Made by a program: the position numbers and the translations under genes
Shown: positions 11,401-21,478 of the stretch, piece after piece
Numbering within the stretch: the first letter of the stretch is position 1
Layout: each line of letters opens with the position of its first letter
The notes under the pieces: model-generated
What the model was told of the DNA's origin: nothing
Seen by the model: only the letters and a program-made list of their open reading frames with translations
Database searches by the model: none
Assembly: GCA_964458565.1 (NCBI GenBank)
Contig: CAYWJO010000019.1
Coordinates: 1-56,401 of the forward strand
Direction of reading: 5' to 3'
From: an uncultured archaeon
Lineage (GTDB): Archaea > Asgardarchaeota > Thorarchaeia > Thorarchaeales > Thorarchaeaceae
DNA: 56,401 nt

Positions 11401-14400
11401 ATGTTTGCATCAAATCGCAACCAACCCCATATGTGGACAGTCTGATTGAGATAGTACAGGGATGCATCTGTGTAGAGTGTTAGATTGAATTGATAGAGTT
11501 GTAACGTGAGGCCTAGACTTGAGGAGTTTGCATCATCCCACAAGGGGTCCACATTCGTCCAACCGGCCCAGACCGAGATTGGCCCTAAACCATCGGTAGA
11601 ACTGAAGTTATAGTAGAAGTCAAAGTAACCATTACTATCTGTATAATACGACTCGAAGTATGGTAATGGCACTGTACCATTGTCCCAATAAATCCGAATT
11701 GCTTGATTAGCGAGAGGTACACCATTATCTAGGTACGTCAATCGACCTCTGAGATGTGCAGTATCATTAAGGTGATAGAAGAGAGTTCCATCAGCTGAGA
11801 ATAAGGTTAGATTGAACTGATATAGTTGAATATTGACTGTACGAATATTTGATAGTGCATTTGCCCACATCGGATTACTGTTGGTCCAGTTTGCCCTTAT
11901 GTCAACAAGCCCGATACTATCAACGGCTCCAGAGAGATTGTAATAGAATTCGAAGAATCCGGTAGCGTCGGTATAGTACCACTGGTATATAGGTACTGGA
12001 ATAGTACCATTGTCCCAAATCATCTGTATTGGTTGATTTTGCAGAGGCGTACCATTATATGTCAGATAACCCGTGACATAGACTGATTCATTCAAATGGT
12101 AATCAAATTCCGCTGTAGTAATAGTAAGATTGAACTGATACAATATCAACATAGCACTTTCATTGTCGAAAGTGGCATCAGCCCACAATGGATTTGTACT
12201 AAGATATTCTGCCCAAACATAAATCCCTCCAAGAGCATCAGTCATCGAGAAGTTGTAATAGAATGCAAAATTGCCACCGTTATCCGTTATCTTTGAGAAG
12301 GATTGCAGTCCATTTCCATCTAAATAATAGATTGTGATTGAAGCGCCTCGCAGTGGAATCATACCATCATTGAAACGGAGAACCCCTGTAAATTCTAATA
12401 CTTCATCGAGGTGGTATTCCGTATCATTTAGGAACTCAATGAATTCAGTCACATAGAGCATTAGGTTGATAGAATGGGATGCGAGGGACCCATTAAACAG
12501 TCGAGTAGCAGGTATGAAGCTGATCTGAATCGATATAGTTCCAGTGCCATCTCCTAAGTTAAGTGGTACATAGAAATCGTAATCTCCTAGTGCATCTGTT
12601 GAGGTTGAAAAAGGTCTGGTTGTCCCATTTCCATAGTCCCAGACCATATCCACAGTGTAGAAGCTCATTGTTGGACCATCAGAGCCAAGTTGACCATAAA
12701 CGTGAACAGTTTCATTGAGGTAGTAATCTGTATCATCTGAAAAGACAGACAGACTGGTCCCATAATTGGTAACGATACGATATTCGTAGACTGATGTATT
12801 GCCATAGAAGCTATCATAAATCGAATTGAAGACAGCATAGAGTGTGATATTACCGAAATCATGACTAAGCGGAATTGTCAGTGTGTAGGAAGCTAATCCG
12901 CTAGCGGCGATATCAGTATAATTCTGGAAGAATGGAATCGGCATCGACCCATTTTCCCAATAAAACAATACATCCACTCCCGTAAGAACTCCACCCATAC
13001 CACCAAAATACTCAGGAACATAGACCATTGCCTGTAGTGTGATTTGATCTGTAACATGGTAAGGTCCAGCAGGTGCGAAGAAAAGGACCTCAGTATAGTA
13101 CTTTCTAACCTCAATCCAGAGTCTTTCGGATTGAGAAGCAGTTAAGCCAGGTTCGGTCGTATTGAACTCAGCCCAATAAGTCACATTACCTTCATCATAG
13201 ACTGTAGTGAAGTATGTCACTTCATAGTAACCAGAGGCGTTTGTTGTAATAGGACCCAGATTTATTGTAGTAAGATTCTCGAATTGCCAATACACGTCTA
13301 TATCATAACCGGAGTAACCATGAGTACCATTGCTCAATTGACCCCAAATCGTAATAGACTCAGTTGTAAATACCACCGTCCTTGGAGCAGGAGCTGAATC
13401 AATACTAAGGTAAGTTGTGGATAAAGATACAGTAATCCATGTTGTTTCACTCACATTACTTGCGATTAGTGGATAGGATGAAGCCCAGCTTGCATTAGCG
13501 GGGAATATTCCAAGAGGGTGTAATGCACCTATTGGATAGGTTGTACTAAATTGACCACTGAGTCCAGTGGTGGGGGAACCAAAGGCCGTACCATTGAAAT
13601 ACACTGTAATTGACTCGCCAACAAGTGGAGTGCCATTAAGAAGAATCAAAGTGCCAGAATAGGACAGTATCGAGTTTGGTGTTGTCGTAGGGGGTGTCAC
13701 CGTGAGTGATAATAGGACTTTCCCGTTTAATGTAATATTTGAAGGATATGAAGTAGCTGAAGAGTAAATTGGAAAACCCGTTTCTTCATCAAACTCACCT
13801 GCGTAATAAGAGTTTAGCCAATGGTCACCAAGCGACATACGAGAGAGGTCTAGAGGATTTAGTACAATGTCAAGAGAGTAGGTTCCATCAGATTGTATTG
13901 TTGCATTCCCATACCATACTCCGTCCCAGTGTATCTCCATCTGATCATTAGTCAGGGTCGTTCCGTCAATAGGCTGACCTTGGTGCGATAATAATCCATG
14001 AACGTGAAGCGTATCTTCCCAGTATGCAGTATAGTTATCGAGTCCTAGTTTGACATTAACATCAATGACTTCTGCCATCGGAATATCAATGGGTTCACTT
14101 TCGTGTATTCTGGGTTTATCAATTTCAGATGTTGAATAGAGAGGTTCTGGTGTGGCTACTGCATATACATTGTGGAATGCGTAGACTGTATACAAGGTAC
14201 TAGAATAGATTGCTGTTATATTATGGGGACCTGCAGGATCATCGATTGGGAAAGCGTACGTAATGTTTGCTGAAGGACCATACGTACCATCCTCGATGAT
14301 AGCAGTTCCAATCAATTGCTGGCCTGTAACATCATAGAAAGAAATTGCCTCTCCAAGACCAGTTGGAACGCCTTCTGCATAGAGTGTTGCAGAGAGCTGG

Positions 14401-15617
14401 AAAGTTTCGCCTAATGCAACCCAAGGAAATCCAGTTGATGTGTAATGTTCGACGGACAACTGCACATTTCCTATTTCGGTGTTCTCAGGCAATTCGTTTG
14501 AAAATGAAAAGGGGAATACCTGAATCCATTCCCCACCGCTAATCATGGGAATATAGACCTCAGCCCAGAAGAACATGTGTTTCACCATTATCTCCCGATG
14601 ATCACCAAAGTCATCACCCAGTGCATAACCATAAACAGGTCGTGCAGAGATACCTAACTCGCGCATGAAGACGCAATACGCACTAGCGAAGTCATATGGA
14701 AGTCCGCCACCTCTATTGATGAACCATTCAGTTGCCTCTTCATCCTCCGCAGGTCGTTCCAGGTACTCTGGGTAGGATATTATTAGATCAAAATTTGTCT
14801 GGAAATAGGTCTCAACTGCAGAAGCGGTCTCATATGCATTTGTTCCAACAGATTCAAACAGTGAAATCTCATCAAGAACTGTCTGGCTCAATGTGGTATC
14901 TACTGAACCATACAAATCACTGATGGTGGTAGGAGTAAATGTTCCAGGACGCGCATTATTTGCTACGAAGTTCAAGTCTTGTTGGGTGTAAGTAAGATCA
15001 TAACTTATCAGCACATTCTCACCAGCTTCGGCTTGAACCATAGGACCATATAGGAGAGTTCCATAGTCATCGGTTTCATAGGTTTCTTCAAGAATAAGTC
15101 CATCTGGGTACGACCTGAAGGAGTCTTCAATCACTTGTATCCCTGGAAAGAGGGTGGGGAGTTCATAATCTCCTATAGTTGACCCTCCGGTTACATTGAG
15201 CGTAACTCTATAGGTCGTTGTTCCATAACTATCAGCTTGACTCTGAGTAATGAAGTTCGTGAAATCATACCTATTTTCCGATGTTTTTGACCACGTTTGA
15301 CCGTCAAAATAGTCGTAAGTGGAGCTTCGCCACAACTGTGCTGGTGAACTAGGTTCAATAATGAAGAGGGTGGTATTTGCAAGAAGGTTAAGGTCATCTG
15401 GGGGTGGGTCGAGAAGGCTTGCTTCGCTATAATTCATAGCATCGAACCAGAAACTTCTACCACCAGCCCAATCGTCAATATTGTATCTCCAAGGTTCAAC
15501 TTCGCCATATTCCTCATGAGGCTTTTCTGAACGTACTAAACCACCTTGGACCATAATGAGTGTGTAAGTACCCCATACCACTGTAATTAGGATGAATACA
15601 GCACTTAGAATAGTCAT
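8499..15617 (-). CDS. Giant cell-surface protein: transglutaminase-like domain (catalytic residues lost), many Ig-like repeats, C-terminal TM anchor
   Basis: LWRSSTYDYFDGQTW and FASAYCVFMRELGISARPVYGY...WAEVY motifs; ~100-aa repeats (G.L....G.PL....I.I.W...T...G.F); TM plus RFRKRR tail; many N-x-S/T sequons. Start may be ATA at 15659. Confidence 0.85.
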   Translation of the reverse strand: MTILSAVFILITVVWGTYTLIMVQGGLVRSEKPHEEYGEVEPWRYNIDDWAGGRSFWFDAMNYSEASLLDPPPDDLNLLANTTLFIIEPSSPAQLWRSSTYDYFDGQTWSKTSENRYDFTNFITQSQADSYGTTTYRVTLNVTGGSTIGDYELPTLFPGIQVIEDSFRSYPDGLILEETYETDDYGTLLYGPMVQAEAGENVLISYDLTYTQQDLNFVANNARPGTFTPTTISDLYGSVDTTLSQTVLDEISLFESVGTNAYETASAVETYFQTNFDLIISYPEYLERPAEDEEATEWFINRGGGLPYDFASAYCVFMRELGISARPVYGYALGDDFGDHREIMVKHMFFWAEVYIPMISGGEWIQVFPFSFSNELPENTEIGNVQLSVEHYTSTGFPWVALGETFQLSATLYAEGVPTGLGEAISFYDVTGQQLIGTAIIEDGTYGPSANITYAFPIDDPAGPHNITAIYSSTLYTVYAFHNVYAVATPEPLYSTSEIDKPRIHESEPIDIPMAEVIDVNVKLGLDNYTAYWEDTLHVHGLLSHQGQPIDGTTLTNDQMEIHWDGVWYGNATIQSDGTYSLDIVLNPLDLSRMSLGDHWLNSYYAGEFDEETGFPIYSSATSYPSNITLNGKVLLSLTVTPPTTTPNSILSYSGTLILLNGTPLVGESITVYFNGTAFGSPTTGLSGQFSTTYPIGALHPLGIFPANASWASSYPLIASNVSETTWITVSLSTTYLSIDSAPAPRTVVFTTESITIWGQLSNGTHGYSGYDIDVYWQFENLTTINLGPITTNASGYYEVTYFTTVYDEGNVTYWAEFNTTEPGLTASQSERLWIEVRKYYTEVLFFAPAGPYHVTDQITLQAMVYVPEYFGGMGGVLTGVDVLFYWENGSMPIPFFQNYTDIAASGLASYTLTIPLSHDFGNITLYAVFNSIYDSFYGNTSVYEYRIVTNYGTSLSVFSDDTDYYLNETVHVYGQLGSDGPTMSFYTVDMVWDYGNGTTRPFSTSTDALGDYDFYVPLNLGDGTGTISIQISFIPATRLFNGSLASHSINLMLYVTEFIEFLNDTEYHLDEVLEFTGVLRFNDGMIPLRGASITIYYLDGNGLQSFSKITDNGGNFAFYYNFSMTDALGGIYVWAEYLSTNPLWADATFDNESAMLILYQFNLTITTAEFDYHLNESVYVTGYLTYNGTPLQNQPIQMIWDNGTIPVPIYQWYYTDATGFFEFYYNLSGAVDSIGLVDIRANWTNSNPMWANALSNIRTVNIQLYQFNLTLFSADGTLFYHLNDTAHLRGRLTYLDNGVPLANQAIRIYWDNGTVPLPYFESYYTDSNGYFDFYYNFSSTDGLGPISVWAGWTNVDPLWDDANSSSLGLTLQLYQFNLTLYTDASLYYLNQTVHIWGWLRFDANMAGVGGQTITIYWQNGTIPVPIFVDFTDGSGYFEIYYILSTTSDTPNDVNIWAEFLNSNPLWDNATSVPEMVTLQQYQLEINASVPTTVYLDQSLLIQGNVTYQGGFPAAAGVTVNIYLWSGGMWSFVDFVVTDSSGNFQYLYNFTVPPDMVGLYTFRCNTSTSSLYADAVSGNLDVTAQMYSVNLDVYAIPTLVYLNESIFIQVHLFYIQDGTGVNNGEVIIWWYDGTTDQQILTLYTNSSGWAEWLYFGFEGATEWNIEISATFAGDLFTGANDTRTDVVYVTLRPWATEIAGFGSDVSSLNPTETVTIFGALQYTLSGVPISSVDVMVFIDNVYETNVTTLSDGTFYFYWTVEDWRMTGDHDIDIYYLSGVNWIEGASAGPLIITVTRLGLSINSYDVTPAAVYLTDTLTISGQLVLSNGTPYAFVDVELWWNHLSGTAGDELIIIVQTDGSGWFSHSFAVSSGTTLGFTRVWANCTPSSVFIDATEESTIIQISKVPVLVTLNVNNATRYVGDTLSISGTLQRFDLSALVGYEVSLVWQNSTYTIIATLTTTAGGAFSFNFQIPWRHGEGPCFLYAQFYDTDPVLSGNRSITLTLDIWYLVDIYMDEQTVFTLARGDSLTISGYLEDAHGLVPDAILVVYVNGVSVSLSATTGTDGTYSAVLDIPTDTTPGIYTITMRMATPNFDIVSNDDSWTVTIGIEPTLTIVSLTSMDIMAGETLEVVLEVDDDQGRDLTGISVNLYLVHEGSSYDQFLQPFFVNRFQVTISLTIPVGIPSSGNYTIRIEFTGSGNYLATSIESNEKHIFLEDGIAASLRPSSESPSTTFDIFCRIVDENGQQIVGREITIDVNNTGIRGPAITDSNGDARFPFTSGPGTGVLSVSAIMLSDIGAVHLGDFEIQIVVTTPPDWDFMLMLFWIGIIGVEGVVAALVITRFRKRRATNTTYIRPNASVVTAVNYGNHFIRW

Positions 15618-15837
15618 AACACCAAGCTTTCGTGGGGTTGCGGCTTCGGTAGCACTTATGATAGTTCCCTCGTAGATGTGTATTTGAGATGTCCTGCAGG
15701 CACTTTGGTGGCGGCGTCAGTGCTAGTTTCGACTCTCCTATCTAGTTAATTTGACCTATGGATTAAAGCGTTTCTAGCAGATACACTATACGAAAAATAA
15801 AATTTATAGTCGTTTGAAATCAGGCTGGAGTTGAAGG

Positions 15838-16416
15838 ATGACCGATTTTACTAGAATAAACAAATTTGTGTCTGATGAAATGACAATTGTTCATGACATG
15901 GGACATGCATATGACCACGTGAAACGTGTCTTTTCACTAGCCATGGAAGTGGGAGAAAAACTTGGAGCTGAGTTGAAAATACTTGGAGCGGCAGCACTTC
16001 TTCATGATGTTGGAAGAACTCGAGAAGCTGAAACAGGGATTTCTCACTCTATCTCGTCAGGTGAAATTGGACATGATATCCTGGTAAAGGTGGGGTATTC
16101 ACAAGATGAGATTGACATGGTAAAACAGGTCATTAGGACACACAGATTTAGTGAAGGGTTGAAACCAAATTCACTTGAAGGCCAAATCTTGAGCGATGTT
16201 GACAAATTAGATGCAATTGGAGCAATTGGCATTTACAGAGCAATAGCACATGCAGCGTCTATAGGAGTTGGCGTAAATGGATTCCTGCAACATGCGGATG
16301 AGAAGTTACTGAAATTGAAAGATATGATGTATACGGATTTAGCTAGACAATACGCCAACGAACGACATAGATTCCTAGAGACTTTCGTCCGTCAACTGAG
16401 AACAGAAATGAGTTAG
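15838..16416 (+). CDS. HD-domain phosphohydrolase
   Basis: H..DHVKRV, ALLHDVG, SDVDKLDAIGAIG. Confidence 0.9.
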   Translation: MTDFTRINKFVSDEMTIVHDMGHAYDHVKRVFSLAMEVGEKLGAELKILGAAALLHDVGRTREAETGISHSISSGEIGHDILVKVGYSQDEIDMVKQVIRTHRFSEGLKPNSLEGQILSDVDKLDAIGAIGIYRAIAHAASIGVGVNGFLQHADEKLLKLKDMMYTDLARQYANERHRFLETFVRQLRTEMS

Positions 16417-17000
16417 GAGTTACTTACAGAGAGTAACAGTTCTAGATAGGATTCTCTAATGGATTCCTCAGGTCTTAATCCTAAACTACGCGCAACCTCA
16501 AATAGGCGATCTCGAACTGACGAAATCATGGATTCGGATTCAACGACTTGCTCCAGTTCAACATATACACCGAGTTCTTTTACATCATCGATACTGATTA
16601 CAAAGTCATGCAATAGATAGTACACTCTCTTTTTTACAACAGTCAGAACATGCCTGAAGCCGAGGTGTTCGAACAATACTAGTGTTTTTTGAGCATCTTC
16701 TACGTGTATAGTATGCTCCACTCGGGTCTTAGATAGTGAATCAATCTTAGGACCCTTGTAAGTTATCTCAGCTGGACCTTTGATAATATAATCATCATGT
16801 ATCATTGTATCGATTGGTAGTCGTTTCCTAAGGCGAAGAGCCTCATCGGTGTCTGCAAAGGATTTGTATGGGCGATCTAAATACGCGTCATACTGAAGCT
16901 GGCTTTTTGTTTCTCGAGCGCCCAAATCAAGTAATTTGGTCACAACCGAATTCCAATCAGGAGAAGGAATCTTTAGTTCTACTTCAATTTCCAATCCCAT
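16413..17000 (-). CDS. cyaB: CYTH-domain protein (class IV adenylate cyclase-like)
   Basis: EVELK (ExExK), EALRLR, ITYKGPK, VELE, SYLELL. Confidence 0.88.
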   Translation of the reverse strand: MGLEIEVELKIPSPDWNSVVTKLLDLGARETKSQLQYDAYLDRPYKSFADTDEALRLRKRLPIDTMIHDDYIIKGPAEITYKGPKIDSLSKTRVEHTIHVEDAQKTLVLFEHLGFRHVLTVVKKRVYYLLHDFVISIDDVKELGVYVELEQVVESESMISSVRDRLFEVARSLGLRPEESIRESYLELLLSVSNS

Positions 17001-17117
17001 AAAATATTCACCATCGGCGAATTACAGATGTTTCAGCGTACAGTTAGTCTTTTCTATCGAAACCTCAAGCCACAAGCCAAATAACAGAGACCTCATTTCT
17101 CAATGATTGGTGATTAA

Positions 17118-18368
17118 TTGTCCAGAGTCATTGAATACAGATGTGCCAAATGTGCTAAATCATATGATGATAGCAATGTACCAGCTAATGATGGATGTGG
17201 GGGTCGAATCGATATCAAATTTGATCTTGAAGCACTAAAAGAAATCTTTACTCAAGATTCTATGAGAGAGAGAAAAGGAGGGCTCTGGAAGTATTTCGAA
17301 TTGATGCCCCTTCGTAAGCGTGATAGTATCGTGACTCTTGGAGAAGGCAATACCCCCCTCATCAAGAGCAAAAGATTGGCTTCAGAGATGGGACTGAAGA
17401 ATCTCTTTTTGAAGATTGAAACTGGAAATCCATCTGGATCTTTCAAAGATCGACCAATATGTGTTGGAGTGAGTCGCGCATTTGAGGATAGGGCAGAAAC
17501 AGTTTCAGCTGCCTCCTCTGGAAATGCCGCAGCTGCAATGTCAGCATATGCTGCACGGGCAGGTCTCAGGGCGGTCGTATTTGTACCTGAATCTGCACCA
17601 GCTGGAAAACTGATTCATCTTAAGACTCTAGGTGCCCATGTTTTCCGGGTAAGTAAAGAGAGAGAGGGTGTAGATCCGACTACCACCCTGCTTAATGTAG
17701 CTTGTAATGAGCTAGGTTGGACACCTACACCGTCTTTTGGCCCTTTCAATTGTTTTCAATTCGAGGGTACAAAGTCAATAGGATTCGAACTTGCCGAACA
17801 ACTAAACTGGAATCCACCTGACTGGGTCCTTTTCCCAACAGGTAGTGGGGGTCTTATGGCTGGGACCATGAAGGGTTTCTGGGAGTTTCAGCAAATGGGA
17901 CTCATAAATGATTTACCACAGCCAGTGGTTGTTCAGCCAGAGGGATGTGCACCCATTGTACGTGCATTCAATGAAAAGCAAAAACCATTGGAGATTATCC
18001 CATGGGATTCAAATGATACAGTTGCAGGAGGGCTTGCAGATCCATTTCCATGGGATGGTGATGCAGCACTACACTATCTGGGATTGGCTAAAGGCTCAGC
18101 TATCGCAGTTGCGGATTCAGATATTGAAAGATATCTTATCATGCTTGGAAAATATGAGGGTATATTTGCAGAACCAAGTGGGGTTGCTGCACTCGCAGGT
18201 CTAGAAAGACTTGTACATGATGGAAGTATAGACAAATCAGATGTCATCGTAGTACCTATCACCGGTTCCGGTTTCAAAGACCTCAATACAGCGGATAGAT
18301 TATCATATAATGTTCCTCTAATTCCACCAAGAGTAGAGGAACTAACAAAGCATCTTGAAAACAGCTGA
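17118..18368 (+). CDS. thrC: Threonine synthase (PLP, fold II)
   Basis: LGEGNTPL, NPSGSFKDR (PLP lysine), ASSGNAA, PTGSGG, EPSG, TGSGFKD. Confidence 0.85.
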   Translation: MSRVIEYRCAKCAKSYDDSNVPANDGCGGRIDIKFDLEALKEIFTQDSMRERKGGLWKYFELMPLRKRDSIVTLGEGNTPLIKSKRLASEMGLKNLFLKIETGNPSGSFKDRPICVGVSRAFEDRAETVSAASSGNAAAAMSAYAARAGLRAVVFVPESAPAGKLIHLKTLGAHVFRVSKEREGVDPTTTLLNVACNELGWTPTPSFGPFNCFQFEGTKSIGFELAEQLNWNPPDWVLFPTGSGGLMAGTMKGFWEFQQMGLINDLPQPVVVQPEGCAPIVRAFNEKQKPLEIIPWDSNDTVAGGLADPFPWDGDAALHYLGLAKGSAIAVADSDIERYLIMLGKYEGIFAEPSGVAALAGLERLVHDGSIDKSDVIVVPITGSGFKDLNTADRLSYNVPLIPPRVEELTKHLENS

Positions 18369-18403
18369 CCAAATGGCAAGTGACATCCTTTGGAGGATTC
18401 TAT

Positions 18404-19381
18404 ATGAGTAAAAAAAATGACAAATCGCGTGCAAAAGAAATTGCACATGAATCAGGATACCTCCAATATATGATTGAGAGATACCTTGCATTATGGGGCG
18501 AGGGAGAAACCCTTGAATTCATCAAAGCTTGTGAGCAGCGCATTCCAACAGCAATAAGAATGAATTCTTTGAAAACAGATAATGAAACTCTAGTTAAGAA
18601 ACTTGGAGATATGGGCATCAAACTAGAGAGAGTCAAATGGTTGAATGAGGGATATGTTGCGAAATTTGGAAATATCTCACCGGGTTCTTTGTTTGAACAT
18701 ATGATGGGATTTTATTATGTGCAAGGCATTCCATCAATGACCGTTGTGGAAGCATTAGACCCACAACCTAATGAAACCATCATAGACCTGGCTGCAGCAC
18801 CTGGAGGCAAAACAACACATCTCGCTCAAAAGATGGGTAATAGTGGCATGCTGATTGCAATAGAGAGTGACAGACTGCGTATTGCAAGCCTTGAGAGCAA
18901 TATAATGAGGTGTGGTGCCACAAACTCAATTGTCCTCAGAGGAGATGCAAGGAAGGTCGATATGTTAGAGATGCAACCGGATAGAATACTACTAGATGCA
19001 CCCTGTTCTGGAGAGGGTCTGATTGCATTAGATCCAGATAGAAAAACAAGCAAGACAATGGCTGATATCAGATATTGTGCAACAAGACAGGATGAGATGC
19101 TTGATGCTGCGCTGAATGCTTTAACGGAAGGAGGTACATTAGTCTACTCGACCTGTTCTATAGCACCTGAGGAGAACGAGTTCGTACTTGATTCACTTCT
19201 AAGAAGAAGAGATGATGTTTCAATCAGACCAATGCATATCGAGTTCGGTATACCTGCCTATACAGATCCTTACGGAGTCAAGCTAAACGAGTCACTTTCT
19301 CATGCAAGGAGATTTCTCCCCCACAAACATGGCCTAGAGGGCTTTTTCATATGTAAGCTATCAAAGGAGGCATCTCATTGA
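18404..19381 (+). CDS. NOL1/NOP2/RsmB RNA m5C methyltransferase
   Basis: DLAAAPGGKTT, LLDAPCSGEG, VYSTCS..PEENE; ATG at 18404 follows GGAGG. Confidence 0.93.
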   Translation: MSKKNDKSRAKEIAHESGYLQYMIERYLALWGEGETLEFIKACEQRIPTAIRMNSLKTDNETLVKKLGDMGIKLERVKWLNEGYVAKFGNISPGSLFEHMMGFYYVQGIPSMTVVEALDPQPNETIIDLAAAPGGKTTHLAQKMGNSGMLIAIESDRLRIASLESNIMRCGATNSIVLRGDARKVDMLEMQPDRILLDAPCSGEGLIALDPDRKTSKTMADIRYCATRQDEMLDAALNALTEGGTLVYSTCSIAPEENEFVLDSLLRRRDDVSIRPMHIEFGIPAYTDPYGVKLNESLSHARRFLPHKHGLEGFFICKLSKEASH

Positions 19382-19920
19382 AACCTGAGTTAGTTGACCC
19401 TGTGGATTGGAATCAAATTGTTGAACAAATTGACATAGATTTCGGTGATGGGACAACACGAAAACTCCTGGGAAATCATGTTCCTGTGAGTATGGAGAGG
19501 GGTAAAAAGAAATCATTCTACTTGATTCCAGCAAGGTGGACAAGTCTTTTAGAAAAGGACTTCGATACTTTTGACATTATGTCGATGGGTATTTGGTTTG
19601 GAGAGATTGCGAAAGGGCGAATTCGTCTTGGCATCTCTATAATCAATAACTTATCACAAATTACAGACAGCATCATTATTGTTTCAGAACGAGCAGCGCA
19701 GTCTTTTACCTATGGTAGAAGTATTTTGAGAGAATCATTGCTTGAGATACCTCCAAATCTAGTGAGAGGCCAACGCGTTGTGGTAATGGATAGGCAAGAT
19801 AGATGTCTAGGCCTTGCAGTATTGTCTGTTGATGCCAACAAGGTCTCAAGGCTTGCCAAAGATCGACTAGTTGCTAAGAACATTGTCGATATTGGATGGT
19901 ACATCAGACGGCTTGGATAG
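19378..19920 (+). CDS. NIP7-like PUA-domain ribosome biogenesis protein
   Basis: FTYGRSI and C-terminal DIGWYIRR; coupled to the NOP2-like gene. Confidence 0.75.
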   Translation: MKPELVDPVDWNQIVEQIDIDFGDGTTRKLLGNHVPVSMERGKKKSFYLIPARWTSLLEKDFDTFDIMSMGIWFGEIAKGRIRLGISIINNLSQITDSIIIVSERAAQSFTYGRSILRESLLEIPPNLVRGQRVVVMDRQDRCLGLAVLSVDANKVSRLAKDRLVAKNIVDIGWYIRRLG

Positions 19921-19922
19921 GT

Positions 19923-20693
19923 CTAAACAAACATGTCAGTTGAACGGTCATCAGACTCGATTGACTTTCGCATCATCTCTAAACGTTCGATTTCCTTACT
20001 CTCTTCCAATAGTTGGTCAACATTGACACTCAAACCGAGAACACTGTTTATTGTTTCCAACATGACAGCTGCTGAACGTGGATCTGGACGACCACGTGTA
20101 GCATATGACAAGAGACCAATTCCAGCACCTTGTTTCATCTCGAGTTCAGCAAGAAGCAGGGCAAGAGGCCCAGCTACAAATAGACCCTCTTCCAGGAGTG
20201 GGGTTTTCCATTTTTCGAGATGTGGTTCATAATGGGTTGTGGGAACACATCGCATCTCTTCATCGTCCTCCTTGAAGCTAGCATCAAGACCTCCAAGAAG
20301 AATAACTTCTGCGAATTTGTTCTCTGTAATCCAATCTACTAGTCTATCAATGAAACCCCATTGTTCACTCTGGTGGGGTTGGAATCTTGGAAGTAGAAAG
20401 ATTATGTTTTTCTCGTGGTATGAGTATATCTCGAAGGGTAATACAAGCCGTTCGTTTTCCATTGAAACAAAGAGCGGCAGCATGTCACTCTTAACAAAAC
20501 CAACTCGCTCTGCTTCAAGGTTTTTTGTGAGGTGTGCAGTACTTAGAAAACCAACCTCACCTAGTCCATGGAATCCACAAATAAAGGTGGCATTTGGTGG
20601 AACCTTAAACCCTTTCTTCATAATAATCTCAAAGCTTGAATCTCTAGTTGATACAAAGGCCATTGCTTTATTCCTCTGAACTTTCTGCTGCAT
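19923..20693 (-). CDS. PAC2-family proteasome assembly chaperone
   Basis: GFHGLGEVG, ILLGG, GPLALLL, PDPRSAA motifs. Confidence 0.88.
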   Translation of the reverse strand: MQQKVQRNKAMAFVSTRDSSFEIIMKKGFKVPPNATFICGFHGLGEVGFLSTAHLTKNLEAERVGFVKSDMLPLFVSMENERLVLPFEIYSYHEKNIIFLLPRFQPHQSEQWGFIDRLVDWITENKFAEVILLGGLDASFKEDDEEMRCVPTTHYEPHLEKWKTPLLEEGLFVAGPLALLLAELEMKQGAGIGLLSYATRGRPDPRSAAVMLETINSVLGLSVNVDQLLEESKEIERLEMMRKSIESDDRSTDMFV

Positions 20694-20812
20694 GTCAAAT
20701 GCTTATTTATATTGATGGAATACGTTTCCCTTTTGATACTATATATGTGTCTAAGTATGACTCACTCTACAAATTCGCATCTGTATTTCTGATTTAAATT
20801 TCGAACCCATTT

Positions 20813-21478
20813 CTAGTACGGTCTCTGTGAAAATAGCCGAACCTTTGACACATCACGATAAACTGCTTTCTGGTCTCTTGCTTCACGAACTTCTGGATTA
20901 CGATCTTGCATTGCTTCTTCCATTGTTGTGTCAAGCTCGGATTTTGAAACAAGCAGATGAATCTTATCTGATATCGACTCAATTACTTTGTCGGATACTA
21001 TGATATCAATATCACTTTTGATACCTAATGCTTCTAGTTTCTCTTCTATAAAGCCTCCACCAACAATAAATGATGCACTACCATCGACATCAAAATCAAT
21101 GTCTGTTATTCGTCCTATCTTTATGCCATTCTTATCAAGCACATCAAGTTTAGCTAGATTTGACAGACGTATTTCTTCATCAGAAATTGCACACTCATCA
21201 AGAGTTGTCTTCAAAGAGTTAACACTTGTATCGAGATGAATCTTATCTCCGATTTTCGTGATTAGTTTCGCATCAAAAATTGGGTCTTTATCTGGTTTAA
21301 TTTTGAGGGCTTCCAGCATCTCTTCCCATGCACTGCCTGCTAGGATGAATTGTGAAAGTTTCAATGAACCATCAAACGTGAATGTAAGGTCATTAATACG
21401 ACCAATCTTAGTTCCTGTAGAATCTAGAACATCGATTTTCTTGATTTCCTTGCAACATATTGATCTGTTTATCTCCAT
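20813..21478 (-). CDS. Tandem PRC-barrel protein
   Basis: Two copies of DVLD..G.KIGRI.D..F..DGS...I.DKIHL. Confidence 0.85.
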   Translation of the reverse strand: MEINRSICCKEIKKIDVLDSTGTKIGRINDLTFTFDGSLKLSQFILAGSAWEEMLEALKIKPDKDPIFDAKLITKIGDKIHLDTSVNSLKTTLDECAISDEEIRLSNLAKLDVLDKNGIKIGRITDIDFDVDGSASFIVGGGFIEEKLEALGIKSDIDIIVSDKVIESISDKIHLLVSKSELDTTMEEAMQDRNPEVREARDQKAVYRDVSKVRLFSQRPY

